A stretch of DNA of 64,000 nucleotides from Phoronis australis. Taxonomy: Eukaryota > Animalia > Phoronida. The notes beneath the pieces were generated by a model that was given only the letters and a program-made list of their open reading frames with translations, was not told the DNA's origin and made no database searches. The position numbers and the translations under genes are program-made. Positions 63,131-64,000 of the stretch are shown in pieces. The stretch is taken from positions 256,995 through 320,994 of the forward strand of contig NMRA01000199.1 of assembly GCA_002633005.1 (NCBI GenBank). Reading direction: 5' to 3'. Position 1 is the stretch's first letter. Each line of letters opens with the position of its first letter.

Positions 63131-64000
63131 GCTCCGTCGTTGAAGCTTTTCGTGGCGTAGTAATAGATTTTACGCTGGATTTATATAGCTCACCGTCTGC
63201 ACGGCTATTTCTCTCACGTAGGCGTTCACGGTATGACAAATGATGGTAGATAATACCAACAGACACGCACTCGGTGATAAATGGTTTTGTATTTTTCACT
63301 GATTACTTCTGAAATCGGTCAAGATGGCAGATGTGTTTAAATTATCTCAACGTCTCACAATTTGATGTCCGATGTTTGAAATTTGAATGTATGATAAACA
63401 CGTTAGATAAGATATGGCAAGTTGCCGCACCTGTGTCCTCTCGTCTTAACTCAGCAACTGCTCTACCTGGTGGAAATTCTTAAAACTAACCGATGGAAAC
63501 CATGGAATGTTTGATTGACTAGAATGGGGGATTTGGCAATATTTCTTGTTATATCACCTTCCTTGATTTTTTATGTAATTTGTCTTTGAACCATGAAGGA
63601 GAAGTCATATGCATAGCTAAGTGGAGAGTTCAAGTAATGAATTTCACCCCTTTCATTTTCTGGTTAATTTGCCCCTTCCTCTCCTGATCACTTGCCTTTC
63701 CAGTCTCCATATTTTCTGTCTGTTATGAGATTCCCCTGTTGGAGTGTCGTCCCTCATAAAATCATAGTTGAGCGGAATTCACCATCAATCTACAGCTATT
63801 AAGATTTTTGCCTAATTTATGTGAACTTTGAGGTACAATACATTTATGCGGGTACTGCACGTCTGCCCTTCGCGGCGCTCGGGTGACTTATAATGGAAAC
63901 ATCTATCGCTGTTTGGTTCTGATCCTTCAACATTTGATACAAAAACAAACATTCTTTTTTTCTTTTAAGCCTCCTATATGGGTGACGCTAAAAATCTTAA

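Overview
Intron-rich, repeat-laden eukaryotic (invertebrate-metazoan-like) genomic DNA from a draft assembly, with one 98-N gap and two single-N joins. Most ORF-track entries are noise; the real genes only appear after manual splicing. Three host genes: (1) an MCFD2-like secreted EF-hand protein on the minus strand (three coding exons 4258..1873, a probable GC-AG intron, last exon not found in the window); (2) a complete 5-exon, 504-aa clan-2 (CYP2-like) microsomal cytochrome P450 (9951..22814, +); (3) a complete 9-exon, ~510-aa mitochondrial-clan P450 (41343..52526, +) whose intron positions match vertebrate CYP27/CYP11/CYP24. The rest is decayed mobile DNA: two ISL2EU/PIF-Harbinger-like elements in intron 1 of the clan-2 CYP, THAP fragments, Penelope/Naiad GIY-YIG remnants, L2/CR1, Tx1/L1 and Gypsy remnants, tRNA-derived SINEs and several MITE families, some with visible target-site duplications. 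Two tandem duplications flank single Ns and look like haplotype artefacts; one appears to capture the filled and empty alleles of a transposon insertion. I found no CRISPR, rRNA or true tRNA, and no clearly new biological system; the linked pair of P450s from different clans is the best functional lead. All homology calls are motif recognition by eye, not database results.
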